Notes: generated by a model from the sequence alone, not told the origin. Positions 21,184 to 32,303 are shown, counted from the stretch's first letter. The stretch: DNA of 64,000 nucleotides from an uncultured Crocinitomix sp. (GCA_937139035.1 CAKZPK010000024.1:3625-67624), one strand, 5' to 3'. Translations and numbers: made by a program.

Positions 21184-24100
21184 ATGCGACTCATAAAAGT
21201 ATTTACCCTTATAATTTTAAGTTCCAGCGCCTTTGCACAACCATTAAATTATGGTCATTTTGGTGCGCCTGAAGAAGATGAACCAACAGAGGACAGAGCC
21301 GCTGGTTGCGCTCCTGCATCTGCTTCAACATTTTTGGAATTTAATAATGTAAAAGCATTAATTCATTCGGGTGGGAATTTATGGCAAATTTCTGGTCAAA
21401 ATTTTTCACAATATGAAGTGCCAAAAGGGTCGGGTATTATGGCACTATTTACATCAGCCCTTTGGTTAGGTGGAATTGATATTAATGGTCAATTAAAAAT
21501 TGCTGCAGTGCGCTATCGTCAGGGGCAAGATTATTGGACTGGACCTTTAACGGAATCAGGTGATGCGGAAATTATTCCGGCAACCTGCGAGGAGTATGAC
21601 AGACATTATGTAGTAACTCAAGATGAGGTTCGCGAATTTGATGCTTGGTTTAAAGCAGGCTTGTCTGATGCTGAAAACGGTACAACTGTTCAAGCAGATG
21701 AATTCTCTGATTATGAAATTCCACTATCAATAAAAGATTGGCCGGCTCATGGCGACCCTTCTTTAGGGCAAAATTTTTACTTAGCGCCTTTTTATGATCG
21801 AGATGAAAACGGAATCTATGAACCTGAAAACGGTGATTATCCTTGGTATGATATTGAGAAAGAGATTGATTGTAGATTAGACAGAACGGTAACTTTATTT
21901 GGAGATCAAACCATTTGGTGGGTAATGAATGATAAAGGAAATATTCATACCGAAACTGGTGGTGATCCTTTAGGCATGGAGATTAGATGTCAGGCATTTG
22001 CTTTTGCAACAAATGATGAAATTAACAATATGACCTTTTACAATTATGAATTGGTCAACCGATCTACACAAACACTTTACAACACATATTTTGGAGTTTT
22101 CATTGATGGTGCTTTAGGAGGACCAAATGATGATTATGTTGGTTGTGATGTAAGTCGTGGTTTAGGTTATACCTATAACGGAAATGCTTTTGATGCAACA
22201 GATGGAGGTTACCTTGGTTACGGAGCAAATCCTCCAGCTGCAGGTGTTGATTTTTTTGAAGGCCCCTATTTAGATAATGATGGACAAGATAACCCTATTT
22301 ATATTGAAGATAGTATTGGACTGACGGAAGTAAATGCTGGAAATGGAATTCCGTATAAAGGATTAGGAATTGGATATGGAGATGGAATTGTTGATAATGA
22401 GCGTTTAGGAATGCGTCGTTTTTTATATTATAATAACCTTGGCGGTGGCGGAATTGCTGCACAAACAGATCCTGTTTCAGGGCAAGATTATTATAATTAT
22501 TTAAGTGGATTTTGGAAAGACGGAACTCCATTTGTTTATGGTGGTAGTGGGCACCAAAGTAATCCTGATGCATTGCCAGGTGTTCATTCTGATTATATGT
22601 TCCCTGGAGATACCGATCCTTTAGGGTGGGGTACTGGAGGCGATCCGCAAGACGTTTGGACAGAACAAACTGCTGGAAATGTACCTTACGACAGAAGGTT
22701 TGCACAATCTGCTGGGCCGTTTATTTTACGACCAGGTGCGGTGAACAATATTACAACTGGAATTGTTTGGGCACGTGCTTCAACGGGTGATCCTTTTGAA
22801 TCGGTAGTGGCATTGCAAAAAGCGGATGATAAAGCCCAGGCTTTGTTCGATAATTGCTTTAAAGTGTTAGATGGCCCACATGCGCCAGAACTATCTATTC
22901 AAGAAATGGAAAATGAATTGATTATTTCAATTTATAACGGCGTTAATTCTAATAATAGTGCAGAAAACTACGCTGAACTTGATCCATTTATTGTAAACCC
23001 TGATGGAGATGGTGAATTCGATAATATTTATCGTTTTCAAGGGTATCAAGTGTTTCAATTATCCGATCCTACAGTCTCTCCAACGGAGTTGTCAGATGTA
23101 GATAAAGCTCGTTTGGTTTATCAATGCGATATTCGTGATTCAGTTAGTCGATTGGTAAATTATTATTTTGATGATGAAATTGGAGCATCAGTACCACAAG
23201 TAATGGTGATGGGTGAAAATGATGGAATAGAGCATTCTTTTAGTCTTAAAGAAGATTTGTTTGCGGTTGGAGATCGTAAATTGGTCAACTTTAAACGCTA
23301 TTATTATATGGCAGTTGCTTATGCATCAAACGAGTATAAAATGTATGATCCAGATTCCCCAACAAATTTGGATGGCCAGAAAAAACCGTATTTATCTAGT
23401 AGAAAAGGAGCGGTTGGTGAGATCATATCTTACGAAGGAATTCCGCATTCGCCTAATCCAGAAAAAGGAGGAACTATATTTAGTGTAGATTATGGTTATG
23501 AATTACCTGTAACTAGAATTGACGGTTGGGGTAATGGCGGAAATTGGACTGAAATATCTGCAGCATCTGAAACAGAAATATTAGCAAATGGAAGTATAGA
23601 TGAGTTAACTTATAGTTCAGGAGCAAGTCCAATTCAAATTAAAGTAATTGATCCTTTAAATTTACCTGCAAATGATTTTGAAATATACTTTACTGCACCA
23701 GATGATGAAGATTTGGATACTGCTGCTTGGTATATCATTAACTTAGAATCAAATGACACACTATATTCTAAGAATAATATTGATTTTGCAAGTGATCAAC
23801 TCATACCTGAATGGGGAATATCGGTATCAATAATTCAAACAAATTACACCAACCAATCATTTGGTTATTTGAGTTATGAAACAGATCCAATTGGTGCATC
23901 TTTAACTTTTGCAGATTCATCTAAAAGATGGTTAACTGGAAATGAAGACACAGATCAGTTTAATGCTACAAATTGGATTCGATCAGGAAATTTTGAACCT
24001 GAAACGGAAGATTGTTTGGGAGCAATAGCCGTAAACCCTTGCTATTATCGTGACAAAGTGGTGGATTTTGAACAGTATTACGAAGGTTTGGTTGATGGAA

Positions 24101-25215
24101 TTGCTGGTCCATTTAAATTGGCCGGAACAGAGTTTCAAGGCATGCCAATTGGATATCCTGATGCTACTTATGATGATATTACGGGACTAGCAAGTTCTTG
24201 GTTTAGTCCAACTATAAGTCAAACAAAATCTAGCTTTGCAGATTTACATGGTGTAGATATTGTTTTTACGGCTGATCAATCTAAATGGACGCAATGTCCG
24301 GTTATTGAAACAGGGCATATTGATAATCAAAATATTGGTAATGCATCTATCATGACATTGCGCGAATCTAAGTCGTTAGATATAAATCAAAACGAACTAG
24401 AGACAACAGGAATGAGTTGGTTTCCAGGATATGCAATTGATGTTGAAACAGGTGAACGATTAAACATGGCGTTTGGCGAAAATTCATGGTTAGGCGGTTC
24501 AAATGGGCAAGACATGATTTGGAACCCTACAGATGAATTAGGAAGTGCTGTATCAGGAGAAATACGATTAGGAGGAGGACATTTTATTTATGTGTTTGGC
24601 GTTGATGTAGATGATAGCGGAATGCCAGGTTATGATGGTGGAAATTGGTTGCATACTCATTTACAAGACGAAACAGCATCAAATTACATTAACACTTGGA
24701 AAAATTGCCTGTGGATTGTGGAACCACTGTTAGCGGCTGACCAAGAGCTGTTAAGCACAGATGCCCGTATGAGTCTACGTGTTAATCATCCGTATCAAAC
24801 AGAAACCTATACAGGAGTTAATAATGGATTACCTGCGTATCGATTCACAACAGATGGTATTCAAACACAATATGAGCAAAATGAAACGGCCATTTCTGCA
24901 CTTGACCAAATTAAAATAGTACCAAATCCTTATTATGCTTACTCGGCTTATGAAGGGAATGGAATTGATAATCGTATAAAAATTACCAATCTACCAGAGG
25001 TTTGTGAAATAACTATTTTCAATATGAATGGTGGATTAGTTAAAAAAATAACGAAAGATAATGCCTTAACATTTGTGGATTGGAGACTGAAAAATCACGC
25101 AGAAATTCCAATTGCAAGTGGCGTATATATATTCCATATTGATGTGCCGGGTGTTGGTGAAAAAATATTAAAATGGTATGGAGCAATGCGCTTGGTTGAT
25201 ACCTCAAATTTTTAA
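21184..25215 (+). CDS. Large T9SS type-A CTD secreted protein
   Basis: Signal peptide; C-terminal IVPNPY...ITNLP...IFNMNGGLV...WRL...IASGVYIFH. Confidence 0.8.
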   Translation: MRLIKVFTLIILSSSAFAQPLNYGHFGAPEEDEPTEDRAAGCAPASASTFLEFNNVKALIHSGGNLWQISGQNFSQYEVPKGSGIMALFTSALWLGGIDINGQLKIAAVRYRQGQDYWTGPLTESGDAEIIPATCEEYDRHYVVTQDEVREFDAWFKAGLSDAENGTTVQADEFSDYEIPLSIKDWPAHGDPSLGQNFYLAPFYDRDENGIYEPENGDYPWYDIEKEIDCRLDRTVTLFGDQTIWWVMNDKGNIHTETGGDPLGMEIRCQAFAFATNDEINNMTFYNYELVNRSTQTLYNTYFGVFIDGALGGPNDDYVGCDVSRGLGYTYNGNAFDATDGGYLGYGANPPAAGVDFFEGPYLDNDGQDNPIYIEDSIGLTEVNAGNGIPYKGLGIGYGDGIVDNERLGMRRFLYYNNLGGGGIAAQTDPVSGQDYYNYLSGFWKDGTPFVYGGSGHQSNPDALPGVHSDYMFPGDTDPLGWGTGGDPQDVWTEQTAGNVPYDRRFAQSAGPFILRPGAVNNITTGIVWARASTGDPFESVVALQKADDKAQALFDNCFKVLDGPHAPELSIQEMENELIISIYNGVNSNNSAENYAELDPFIVNPDGDGEFDNIYRFQGYQVFQLSDPTVSPTELSDVDKARLVYQCDIRDSVSRLVNYYFDDEIGASVPQVMVMGENDGIEHSFSLKEDLFAVGDRKLVNFKRYYYMAVAYASNEYKMYDPDSPTNLDGQKKPYLSSRKGAVGEIISYEGIPHSPNPEKGGTIFSVDYGYELPVTRIDGWGNGGNWTEISAASETEILANGSIDELTYSSGASPIQIKVIDPLNLPANDFEIYFTAPDDEDLDTAAWYIINLESNDTLYSKNNIDFASDQLIPEWGISVSIIQTNYTNQSFGYLSYETDPIGASLTFADSSKRWLTGNEDTDQFNATNWIRSGNFEPETEDCLGAIAVNPCYYRDKVVDFEQYYEGLVDGIAGPFKLAGTEFQGMPIGYPDATYDDITGLASSWFSPTISQTKSSFADLHGVDIVFTADQSKWTQCPVIETGHIDNQNIGNASIMTLRESKSLDINQNELETTGMSWFPGYAIDVETGERLNMAFGENSWLGGSNGQDMIWNPTDELGSAVSGEIRLGGGHFIYVFGVDVDDSGMPGYDGGNWLHTHLQDETASNYINTWKNCLWIVEPLLAADQELLSTDARMSLRVNHPYQTETYTGVNNGLPAYRFTTDGIQTQYEQNETAISALDQIKIVPNPYYAYSAYEGNGIDNRIKITNLPEVCEITIFNMNGGLVKKITKDNALTFVDWRLKNHAEIPIASGVYIFHIDVPGVGEKILKWYGAMRLVDTSNF

Positions 25216-25224
25216 AATAAAAGC

Positions 25225-25986
25225 ATGAAAGTAGTTAGTTTATTGGCCGTTGGTTTGTTATTTGTATCCGGCGTTGCAAATGCACAAAAATTAAAGTTAG
25301 GACCTGAAATTGGTTTCAATATGATCTCAATGGAATCAAGTGATTTGGGTAATAGCTTTACGCCAGGGTTTCATGGTGGTGCAAATGTAGAATATCATTT
25401 TACAGACAATTTTTATCTCAGATCTGGTATTTTTGCAACCCAAAAGCGACAGTCATACAGTTCTAACGATACTTTACTAGTTAACTTGTTTGGATTAGAA
25501 GATTTAATAGGGATTGATGGAGTAAACTTGGAGTCTTATACGGCAATTAGAGGTAGAGTAGCGCAGTTATATATTGAGCTTCCACTAATGGCTGCTTATA
25601 AGTACAAAGGGTTTAGTGTGTTTGCTGGGCCTTATTTTGCTTATATGTTAACAGCACGTAAAAAGGAAATAAAATCTGTTGATACCCCTTTTTTACGAAC
25701 AGTAGATGTAGCTACTTTGGTTCCTGATGGCATTGATGCTGATTTATTATTGGCAACCTTACCTTCTGCAGAAGAAACTACTTTAACAGAATCAAGTTCA
25801 AAGGCCAATTTAAGACCGTTGGATATTGGACTAAAAGCTGGGATTTCATATCAATTTGATAACCTCACTGCCAATATTAATTACCAATATGGCTTTTTTG
25901 ATTACCAAACTAAGTCAAAAGATGTATTGGACAATCATAGCTATTTTCAACTATCGCTCAATTATAACTTTGGCATAGGAAAATAA
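25225..25986 (+). CDS. Outer-membrane beta-barrel protein (porin/PorT-like)
   Basis: Signal peptide, YIELPL and FAGPY strands, C-terminal YNF. Confidence 0.8.
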   Translation: MKVVSLLAVGLLFVSGVANAQKLKLGPEIGFNMISMESSDLGNSFTPGFHGGANVEYHFTDNFYLRSGIFATQKRQSYSSNDTLLVNLFGLEDLIGIDGVNLESYTAIRGRVAQLYIELPLMAAYKYKGFSVFAGPYFAYMLTARKKEIKSVDTPFLRTVDVATLVPDGIDADLLLATLPSAEETTLTESSSKANLRPLDIGLKAGISYQFDNLTANINYQYGFFDYQTKSKDVLDNHSYFQLSLNYNFGIGK

Positions 25987-25992
25987 GAGACA

Positions 25993-26469
25993 ATGAATGA
26001 AAATGAAACGCATAAACTTATAGGGAAATTAAGTGGAGCTGTTGTCTTTTTAGGTGTTGTTGTTATTGGGTTAGTTATTACCATTTTGGTTTTATTTGCG
26101 TTTCAAACGCAAGAAGAAGAGAAAGAAGAAGAATTATTAGGATGTGGTGTTGTTTATCCAGATCCACATGGTAGAACACATGATTTTGTGAATGGCGAAC
26201 GATTATTCAATCAGAATTGTGCCAGTTGTCATTTTGTAAATAAAGATATGACTGGCCCTGCGATAAAAGGCGCCCGAGAAAGGGGATGGGAAAATTCCTA
26301 TGAGAACTGGATTTATGATTTTATTCGTAAAGAAGACTCATTGGTTCAAATCGAAGATGCTTATACTTTAAAGCTTAGAGAAGATTGGAATTGGAGCGAT
26401 AATAGTTGGTCTCATAATTTTCCCTTGACTCATTCTGAAATAGATGATTTAATGGATTACGCTTATTAG
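25993..26469 (+). CDS. Membrane-anchored c-type cytochrome
   Basis: N-terminal TM helix, CASCH haem motif, GPA. Confidence 0.85.
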   Translation: MNENETHKLIGKLSGAVVFLGVVVIGLVITILVLFAFQTQEEEKEEELLGCGVVYPDPHGRTHDFVNGERLFNQNCASCHFVNKDMTGPAIKGARERGWENSYENWIYDFIRKEDSLVQIEDAYTLKLREDWNWSDNSWSHNFPLTHSEIDDLMDYAY

Positions 26470-26515
26470 TGCTACCTAATTCTTTTATTAAGAGAAAACT
26501 AATTAAGAAAACTCA

Positions 26516-27379
26516 GTGAATAAACCTGCCGACCTCAGAAAAACTCCGATAATTCCTTTCGAAATTTTGCATAAAATGGATGCTGGATGGGAGAATGCTC
26601 TTGCTGTATTGTCAGAATTAATGACAGATGAAATGTTGCAATTTATTGCCGCCGCGGATTACGGATACGAGCAGGAGAAATGTTTTAAATTGCTGAAAGA
26701 AATCGTTCATGAGCAAAAACCGCTTCCAGAAAGAGATTTTGATTTATTTGAATGCTTGGAACTTACGAGATGGTTAACACCTTCTAATAATACCGAGCAT
26801 AAATGCAGAGCTTTTAGTTGTGTTCTTTTATTGATGTTTACGCATACGTCGAACTATGAGCCTATAAGTAACGAGAATGAAACCATAGTATCGCTTATTG
26901 ATAGTGTGGCTGCCTTAAAAATGGGGCAAAAAGAAGCGCAGGCTTTATTAATATGGAAGATTCTTGCAGATTATAAATTAGAACTTGACTCTTATTTAGA
27001 GGATGAGGAAGACAAAGAGTATATAGATGAAATTACAATTGATCCTTTTTTCATTTATGGGCTTTTGCTTTTAATGCTGCTGAATGATGAGGATGCTATG
27101 GCCATCAATCAAGTATTGGAATGGAGCATTGATATGGAAAAAGATGTGAAAAACATTGCCCCTTATGTTAATGAATACAGAGCCAAAAACATAACTAAGG
27201 AAGAAAAAGAAGCACCCTATTTGCTAGGTACAACAAATTTTAGTCAACGTCATAAGGTATGGCAAAGTCTAAGCAAAAATGTTGCAAAATCACTAAACCA
27301 AGCTTCTGTTGAGTTAAATTATTCAGACTTGTTGCAAGTATTAACCGCTGTGGGAAATAATGAACCAATGAAGTTCTAA
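26516..27379 (+). CDS. Hypothetical protein
   Basis: 287-aa ORF containing IAAADYG. Confidence 0.6.
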   Translation: MNKPADLRKTPIIPFEILHKMDAGWENALAVLSELMTDEMLQFIAAADYGYEQEKCFKLLKEIVHEQKPLPERDFDLFECLELTRWLTPSNNTEHKCRAFSCVLLLMFTHTSNYEPISNENETIVSLIDSVAALKMGQKEAQALLIWKILADYKLELDSYLEDEEDKEYIDEITIDPFFIYGLLLLMLLNDEDAMAINQVLEWSIDMEKDVKNIAPYVNEYRAKNITKEEKEAPYLLGTTNFSQRHKVWQSLSKNVAKSLNQASVELNYSDLLQVLTAVGNNEPMKF

Positions 27380-27388
27380 ACCAAGCAC

Positions 27389-27420
27389 AAAAAAGCCCTG
27401 CTAACAAATGCAAGCAGGGC
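27389..27420 (-). terminator. Intrinsic terminator between convergent genes
   Basis: GCCCTGCT...AGCAGGGC stem preceded by an A-tract. Confidence 0.7.
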
Positions 27421-27521
27421 CATAGTTTATAATTTCGTATCTAAAAATGCTGAATTCAAATCGTAATTGAATAGTGCAGCGATTTTTGTTCTAGCTACGA
27501 TAGTTGTAACGTATTCTATAA

Positions 27522-29078
27522 TTAAAAATCAAATTTAATACCTTGTGCTAAAGGTAAATCAGCTGAATAGTTAATTGTATTTGTTTGTCTTCTCATGTAA
27601 ACTTTCCATGCATCAGATCCAGATTCACGTCCACCACCTGTTTCTTTTTCACCACCAAAAGCACCACCAATTTCAGCACCAGAAGTTCCGATGTTTACGT
27701 TAGCAATACCACAATCTGATCCTGAAGCAGATAAGAATTGCTCAGACTCACGAATATTGTTTGTGAAAATTGAAGAAGAAAGCCCTTGTGCTACGTTATT
27801 TTGAATATCGATAGCATTGTTGATGTCTCCTGAATATTTTGTTAAATAAAGTAATGGAGCAAATGTTTCGTGCTGAACAATTTTATAAGAGTTGTCAGCT
27901 TCTGCAATTGATGGCGAAACATAACATCCAGACTCATATCCTTCGCCTGTTAATGCTTTTCCTTCAACTAATACATTTCCACCTTCAGCTTTTACTTTTT
28001 CAATAGCGTCTAAATAAGTGTTAACAGCATCCTTATCAATTAATGGTCCCATATGGTTAGATTCATCTAAAGGATTACCAATTGTAATTTGCTTATAAGC
28101 ATTTACTAAAATGTTTTTTACATTATCATAAACAGACTCATGAATAATTAAACGACGAGTCGAAGTACATCTTTGTCCAGAAGTTCCAACCGCACCAAAT
28201 ACTACACCAGGAATCACCAATTCTAAATCAGCAGTTGGAGTAATAATAATAGCGTTGTTTCCGCCTAATTCTAATAATGATTTTCCTAATCTTTTTCCAA
28301 CAGCCTCACCAACAGCTTTACCCATTCTAGTTGATCCAGTTGCTGATACTAAAGGAACTCTTTTGTCATTTGACATTGCAATTCCTAAGTCTGCTCCACC
28401 AATAATTACAGAAGAAACACCTTCTGGCACATTATTTTCAGCAAATACTTCTGCCGCAATGTTTTGACAAGCTACAGCAGTTAAAGGTGTTTTTTCAGAT
28501 GGTTTCCATACACATACATCACCACAAATCCATGCTAATGCTGTATTCCAACACCAAACTGCAACTGGAAAGTTAAATGCTGAAATAATTCCAACAATTC
28601 CAAGCGGGTGGTATTGGTCATACATTCTATGAACGGGTCTTTCTGAATGTAAAGTTGATCCGTTTAACTGACGAGATAATCCAACTGCAAAATCACAGAT
28701 ATCAATCATTTCTTGTACTTCACCTAAACCTTCTTGGTACGATTTTCCCATTTCATAAGAAACCAATTTACCTAGTGGCTCTTTATATTCACGCAATTTA
28801 ACACCTAATTGACGAACAACTTCACCTCTTTTAGGTGCTGGAACTTGTCGCCATTCTTTAAAAGCTTCTTGACCTTTTAAAATTGCTGCTTCATATTCCG
28901 CTTCTGTAGCACTTTTAACAGATGCTATTAATTTTCCATCAACTGGTGAATAAGAGTCAATTTGTTCCCCTCTTGTGTTGAACCAATGTGAACCTGTTGA
29001 GGCGCCATTATTCAATTCTTTCACTCCTAATTGATCTAAAACTGCTTTGATTTCAGTTTCAACTGCTACTGTAGACAT
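27522..29078 (-). CDS. Aldehyde dehydrogenase family 7 (piperideine-6-carboxylate/aminoadipate-semialdehyde dehydrogenase-like)
   Basis: FNFPVAVW, LELGGNNA, GQRCTS, ETFAP, GAEIGGAFGGEK. Confidence 0.92.
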   Translation of the reverse strand: MSTVAVETEIKAVLDQLGVKELNNGASTGSHWFNTRGEQIDSYSPVDGKLIASVKSATEAEYEAAILKGQEAFKEWRQVPAPKRGEVVRQLGVKLREYKEPLGKLVSYEMGKSYQEGLGEVQEMIDICDFAVGLSRQLNGSTLHSERPVHRMYDQYHPLGIVGIISAFNFPVAVWCWNTALAWICGDVCVWKPSEKTPLTAVACQNIAAEVFAENNVPEGVSSVIIGGADLGIAMSNDKRVPLVSATGSTRMGKAVGEAVGKRLGKSLLELGGNNAIIITPTADLELVIPGVVFGAVGTSGQRCTSTRRLIIHESVYDNVKNILVNAYKQITIGNPLDESNHMGPLIDKDAVNTYLDAIEKVKAEGGNVLVEGKALTGEGYESGCYVSPSIAEADNSYKIVQHETFAPLLYLTKYSGDINNAIDIQNNVAQGLSSSIFTNNIRESEQFLSASGSDCGIANVNIGTSGAEIGGAFGGEKETGGGRESGSDAWKVYMRRQTNTINYSADLPLAQGIKFDF

Positions 29079-29275
29079 AATTTTTTCTTTAAATTCTTAA
29101 CAAAAGTACAATTATTAGTGGAAAAAATTCACACCTGTTTGGGATTAGTTTGGGCGGTTTTAAACAACTTCATTATCTTTACATTCAAGATATGACCCCA
29201 AATTGGTTACCTATTGACAGTTTAGTCTCATTAAGTGAGGAAAAAAATAAGTAAACAACATAAAAATTTAAGACA

Positions 29276-29989
29276 ATGAAAAAGACATTTTTTATTCTAG
29301 GAACGGCATTAATACTATTGAGTAGTTTTAGTGGTAGTGTGAAATCGGGTGGTGAAGATCTTTGCAAGGCTTATTTCCCAACAGAGGTGGGTACAGTTTT
29401 GACTTATGAAAACTATAACGGTAAGGACAAATTACAATCTACAGATCTTTTTAGTGTAACAGATTTAGTGGAGACGGCAACATCAACGCTTATTAAAGTT
29501 CATATTGAATCAACTGATAAAAAAGGAGAGGATACTTATTCAAATGATATTGAATATGTTTGTGAAGATGGTGTATTTAAAGTATCTATGGAGTCAATGA
29601 TGCCTTCTGAAACAATGGATGCTTATAAAGACATGGAAATTACCATGACACAAACAGAGTTGGAGATTCCATCTGATTTAACTGTTGGACAAGAATTGCC
29701 TGATGCAAGTATGGAGGTTGTTATTTCATCTAGTGGGATGCAAGTAATGAAAATGAATTTTAAAATCACTGATCGTAAAGTTGAAGCACAAGAAAGCATA
29801 ACTACTGCTGCTGGAACTTTTGATTGTTTTAAAATGTCTCAAAACACCAATACAAAAATGATGTTTATTGATAAAACATACAAAACAATTGATTGGTTTA
29901 CTGCAGATATTGGATCTGTAAGATCAGAAACTTATAACGGAAACGGGAAATTAGAATCTTACCGTGTATTAACCAATATCAAGCGATAA
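29276..29989 (+). CDS. Secreted hypothetical protein (DUF3108-like)
   Basis: Signal peptide; ITTAAGTFDCFK motif; WF...IGSV. Confidence 0.7.
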   Translation: MKKTFFILGTALILLSSFSGSVKSGGEDLCKAYFPTEVGTVLTYENYNGKDKLQSTDLFSVTDLVETATSTLIKVHIESTDKKGEDTYSNDIEYVCEDGVFKVSMESMMPSETMDAYKDMEITMTQTELEIPSDLTVGQELPDASMEVVISSSGMQVMKMNFKITDRKVEAQESITTAAGTFDCFKMSQNTNTKMMFIDKTYKTIDWFTADIGSVRSETYNGNGKLESYRVLTNIKR

Positions 29990-29998
29990 TTTTTTTGG

Positions 29999-31486
29999 AT
30001 GCTGCAAAAAATCGATTTTACTTCGTATAAAACAATTTTAATCGTTGCCGTTTTAATTCGACTAATTGCAGCAATTTTTTCACAGGGTTATGGAATGCAT
30101 GATGATCATTTTTTGATTGTTGAGGCGTCTGCATCTTGGGTTGATGGATTTGATTATAATCATTGGTTGCCTTGGTCACCAGGTAGCACAGGATCTCCAG
30201 AGGGGCATAGTTTTACCTATGTTGGTCTAAACTTTTTTATTTTCTCGGCATTAAAAGGAATTGGTATTGCAGATCCGAAAGTGTTGATGCTTTTTAATCG
30301 ATTGATTCATGCGTTATTTTCTTTACTTATAGTTAAATACGGTTATTTAATAACAGAAAAACTGAGCAATAAAAAGAATGCTGTTACTGTTGGTTGGCTA
30401 TTGGCCTTATTATGGGTATTACCTTTCTTATCTGTTAGAAACCTGGTTGAGGTAACCAGTATTCCTTTTATGATGTGGGGTGTTTGGGTTTCGCTTAAAT
30501 CAGAAAATAAAAGTCGTTTTTTATACGCCGGTTTACTTTTAGGGATGGCGGTTTCGTTTCGTTATCAAGTTGGAGTATTTGCCGTTGGAATGGCGGCAGT
30601 TTACTTTTTTCAAAAGGAGTTTAAGGGCTTTATTTTATTCAGTCTTGGTGTTGTGTTGGTGTTTACATTAACTCAAGGGGTAGTGGATTATATGATTTGG
30701 GGTTATCCGTTTGCAGAGTTCTTAGGCTATTTTGTGTACAATTCAAACGAAGGGTTGGACTATTTAGTGAACTATAATGTTTTCATGTACTTTTTGGTTT
30801 TAATGGGTGCATTTTTATTACCCTTGGGCTTATTGATTGGCGCTGGATTTTTCCGCGGCTGGAAAAAGTATATTGGGCTTTTTGTTCCAGTTATGCTTTT
30901 CATTTTATTCCATTCCATTTATCCGAATAAACAAGAGCGTTTTATTTTGCCTGTTTTACCTTTCTTTTTAATGATTGGCGTAATGGGCTATGAGCAGCTA
31001 CGGGAGCGTGAGTTTTGGAAAAAAGCTTGGTCATTTTCATGGAAGGCTTTTTGGGTACTTAACATTCCTTTATTATTATTTGCTTCGTTTACTTATTCTA
31101 AAAAATCGCGGGTTGAATCTATGTATTATTTCTACGGAAAAGATACGCATGGTGTGAGAATTTTGCATGAGTGTACAGGAGAGTCTCCGCCTTCATTGCT
31201 ACCTAAATTTTATACTGGTAATTGGACAATAAGCGGTGTGGCACGTGAGGATAAAAGTCAACGTTTAAATGTTTTTCCAGATATGGAATATGACTATGTT
31301 ATTTTTTGTGGGCAACAGGATTTGGATTACCGCATTGCAAAATATAAAAGCTATTATCCTAATATGGAACTAGCGCAAGTGTGCGAACCAAGTATGGTTG
31401 ATGCTATTTTGCGTTGGTTGAATCCACGAAATAGTAACGAGTATATTGAGATATGGGAAACCCATGTTCTTGACTCTCAGCATTAA
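29999..31486 (+). CDS. GT-C fold membrane glycosyltransferase (Alg9/PIG-B mannosyltransferase-like)
   Basis: Multi-TM; HDDHF near the N-terminus; HS..PNKQERF. Confidence 0.8.
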   Translation: MLQKIDFTSYKTILIVAVLIRLIAAIFSQGYGMHDDHFLIVEASASWVDGFDYNHWLPWSPGSTGSPEGHSFTYVGLNFFIFSALKGIGIADPKVLMLFNRLIHALFSLLIVKYGYLITEKLSNKKNAVTVGWLLALLWVLPFLSVRNLVEVTSIPFMMWGVWVSLKSENKSRFLYAGLLLGMAVSFRYQVGVFAVGMAAVYFFQKEFKGFILFSLGVVLVFTLTQGVVDYMIWGYPFAEFLGYFVYNSNEGLDYLVNYNVFMYFLVLMGAFLLPLGLLIGAGFFRGWKKYIGLFVPVMLFILFHSIYPNKQERFILPVLPFFLMIGVMGYEQLREREFWKKAWSFSWKAFWVLNIPLLLFASFTYSKKSRVESMYYFYGKDTHGVRILHECTGESPPSLLPKFYTGNWTISGVAREDKSQRLNVFPDMEYDYVIFCGQQDLDYRIAKYKSYYPNMELAQVCEPSMVDAILRWLNPRNSNEYIEIWETHVLDSQH

Positions 31487-31877
31487 ATAGTCCATTAAGT
31501 TTATAGATTTTCTCAATTATTTATTAACATCTTGATATTCTGTCGCCTTGCTTCTATAGGCTGGCACTGATTTTGTTTAAAACTTGTTAGAAACTCTAAT
31601 TTGGAATAGGGTAACGTGGCTCAATATTTCACGTTCTTTAAGTAGAGACAGCACAATTATGAGAATAAGATTAATTATAGTAGTTCTTTCAGTGTTTTTA
31701 ATTGCGTCTAGCTTTTTAGCTTAAATGTTATCAGCTAACGCAAAATAGATTCAAGCTTTATCCTGACATTCGTTTTGGATTGGTTTTCCTATTGTATAAA
31801 TTAAAATTATTGATTACTCCTGTTAATAGGTTAATTGCAATTTTCCTGCTTTTATAAATTTTTAGCTTAGCATTAAT

Positions 31878-32071
31878 TCTTGTTCTGTTGTCATCATTTT
31901 TATTTACTCAACTAAGGTACCACTCACTCATTTGCAACAAGACTAAATTGAAATTCAATAAAAATCTCCATCCCTGACGGGATTGTATTTTTGTTGAATG
32001 TCTTGTTGCTGCTCTCTTTTGTGGTGCTGGTGTTTCAAAATTAAAATGATAATTATGACAACAGAACAAGA
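31878..32071. repeat. Nested inverted repeat centred near 31975
   Basis: 17-bp perfect arms 31878-31894/32055-32071; 10-bp arms 31934-31943/32000-32009; 12-bp arms 31954-31965/31987-31998; 5-bp arms 31970-31974/31979-31983. Confidence 0.8.
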
Positions 32072-32288
32072 GCAAACGAAACTAAGTGAAGTAATAATGG
32101 CTTCAGAAATTTATGAATCAATTCAATTATTGAAAGAGTTACTGAATTGGTATCAAAAGAATGATTTAGCAAAGGAAAATAGTTACAGTATTCGAATTGA
32201 ATTTAAGAATGTACATCAAAAACTGGCAGAACTTCAAATTCAATTGGGAGAGGCGATTTACCAATCTAATTTTTGGGAAGAACGATAA
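32055..32288 (+). CDS. Small helical hypothetical protein (77 aa)
   Basis: MTTEQEQ start in an A-rich context; followed by a terminator. Confidence 0.6.
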   Translation: MTTEQEQTKLSEVIMASEIYESIQLLKELLNWYQKNDLAKENSYSIRIEFKNVHQKLAELQIQLGEAIYQSNFWEER

Positions 32289-32303
32289 GTGTAAATTTTA
32301 GAG

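Noticed and set aside
31998..32054. Cys-rich N-terminus MSCCCSLLWCWC as a metal-binding peptide
   Set aside because: It overlaps the palindrome arm; the A-rich-context ATG at 32055 (or 32046) is the more plausible start
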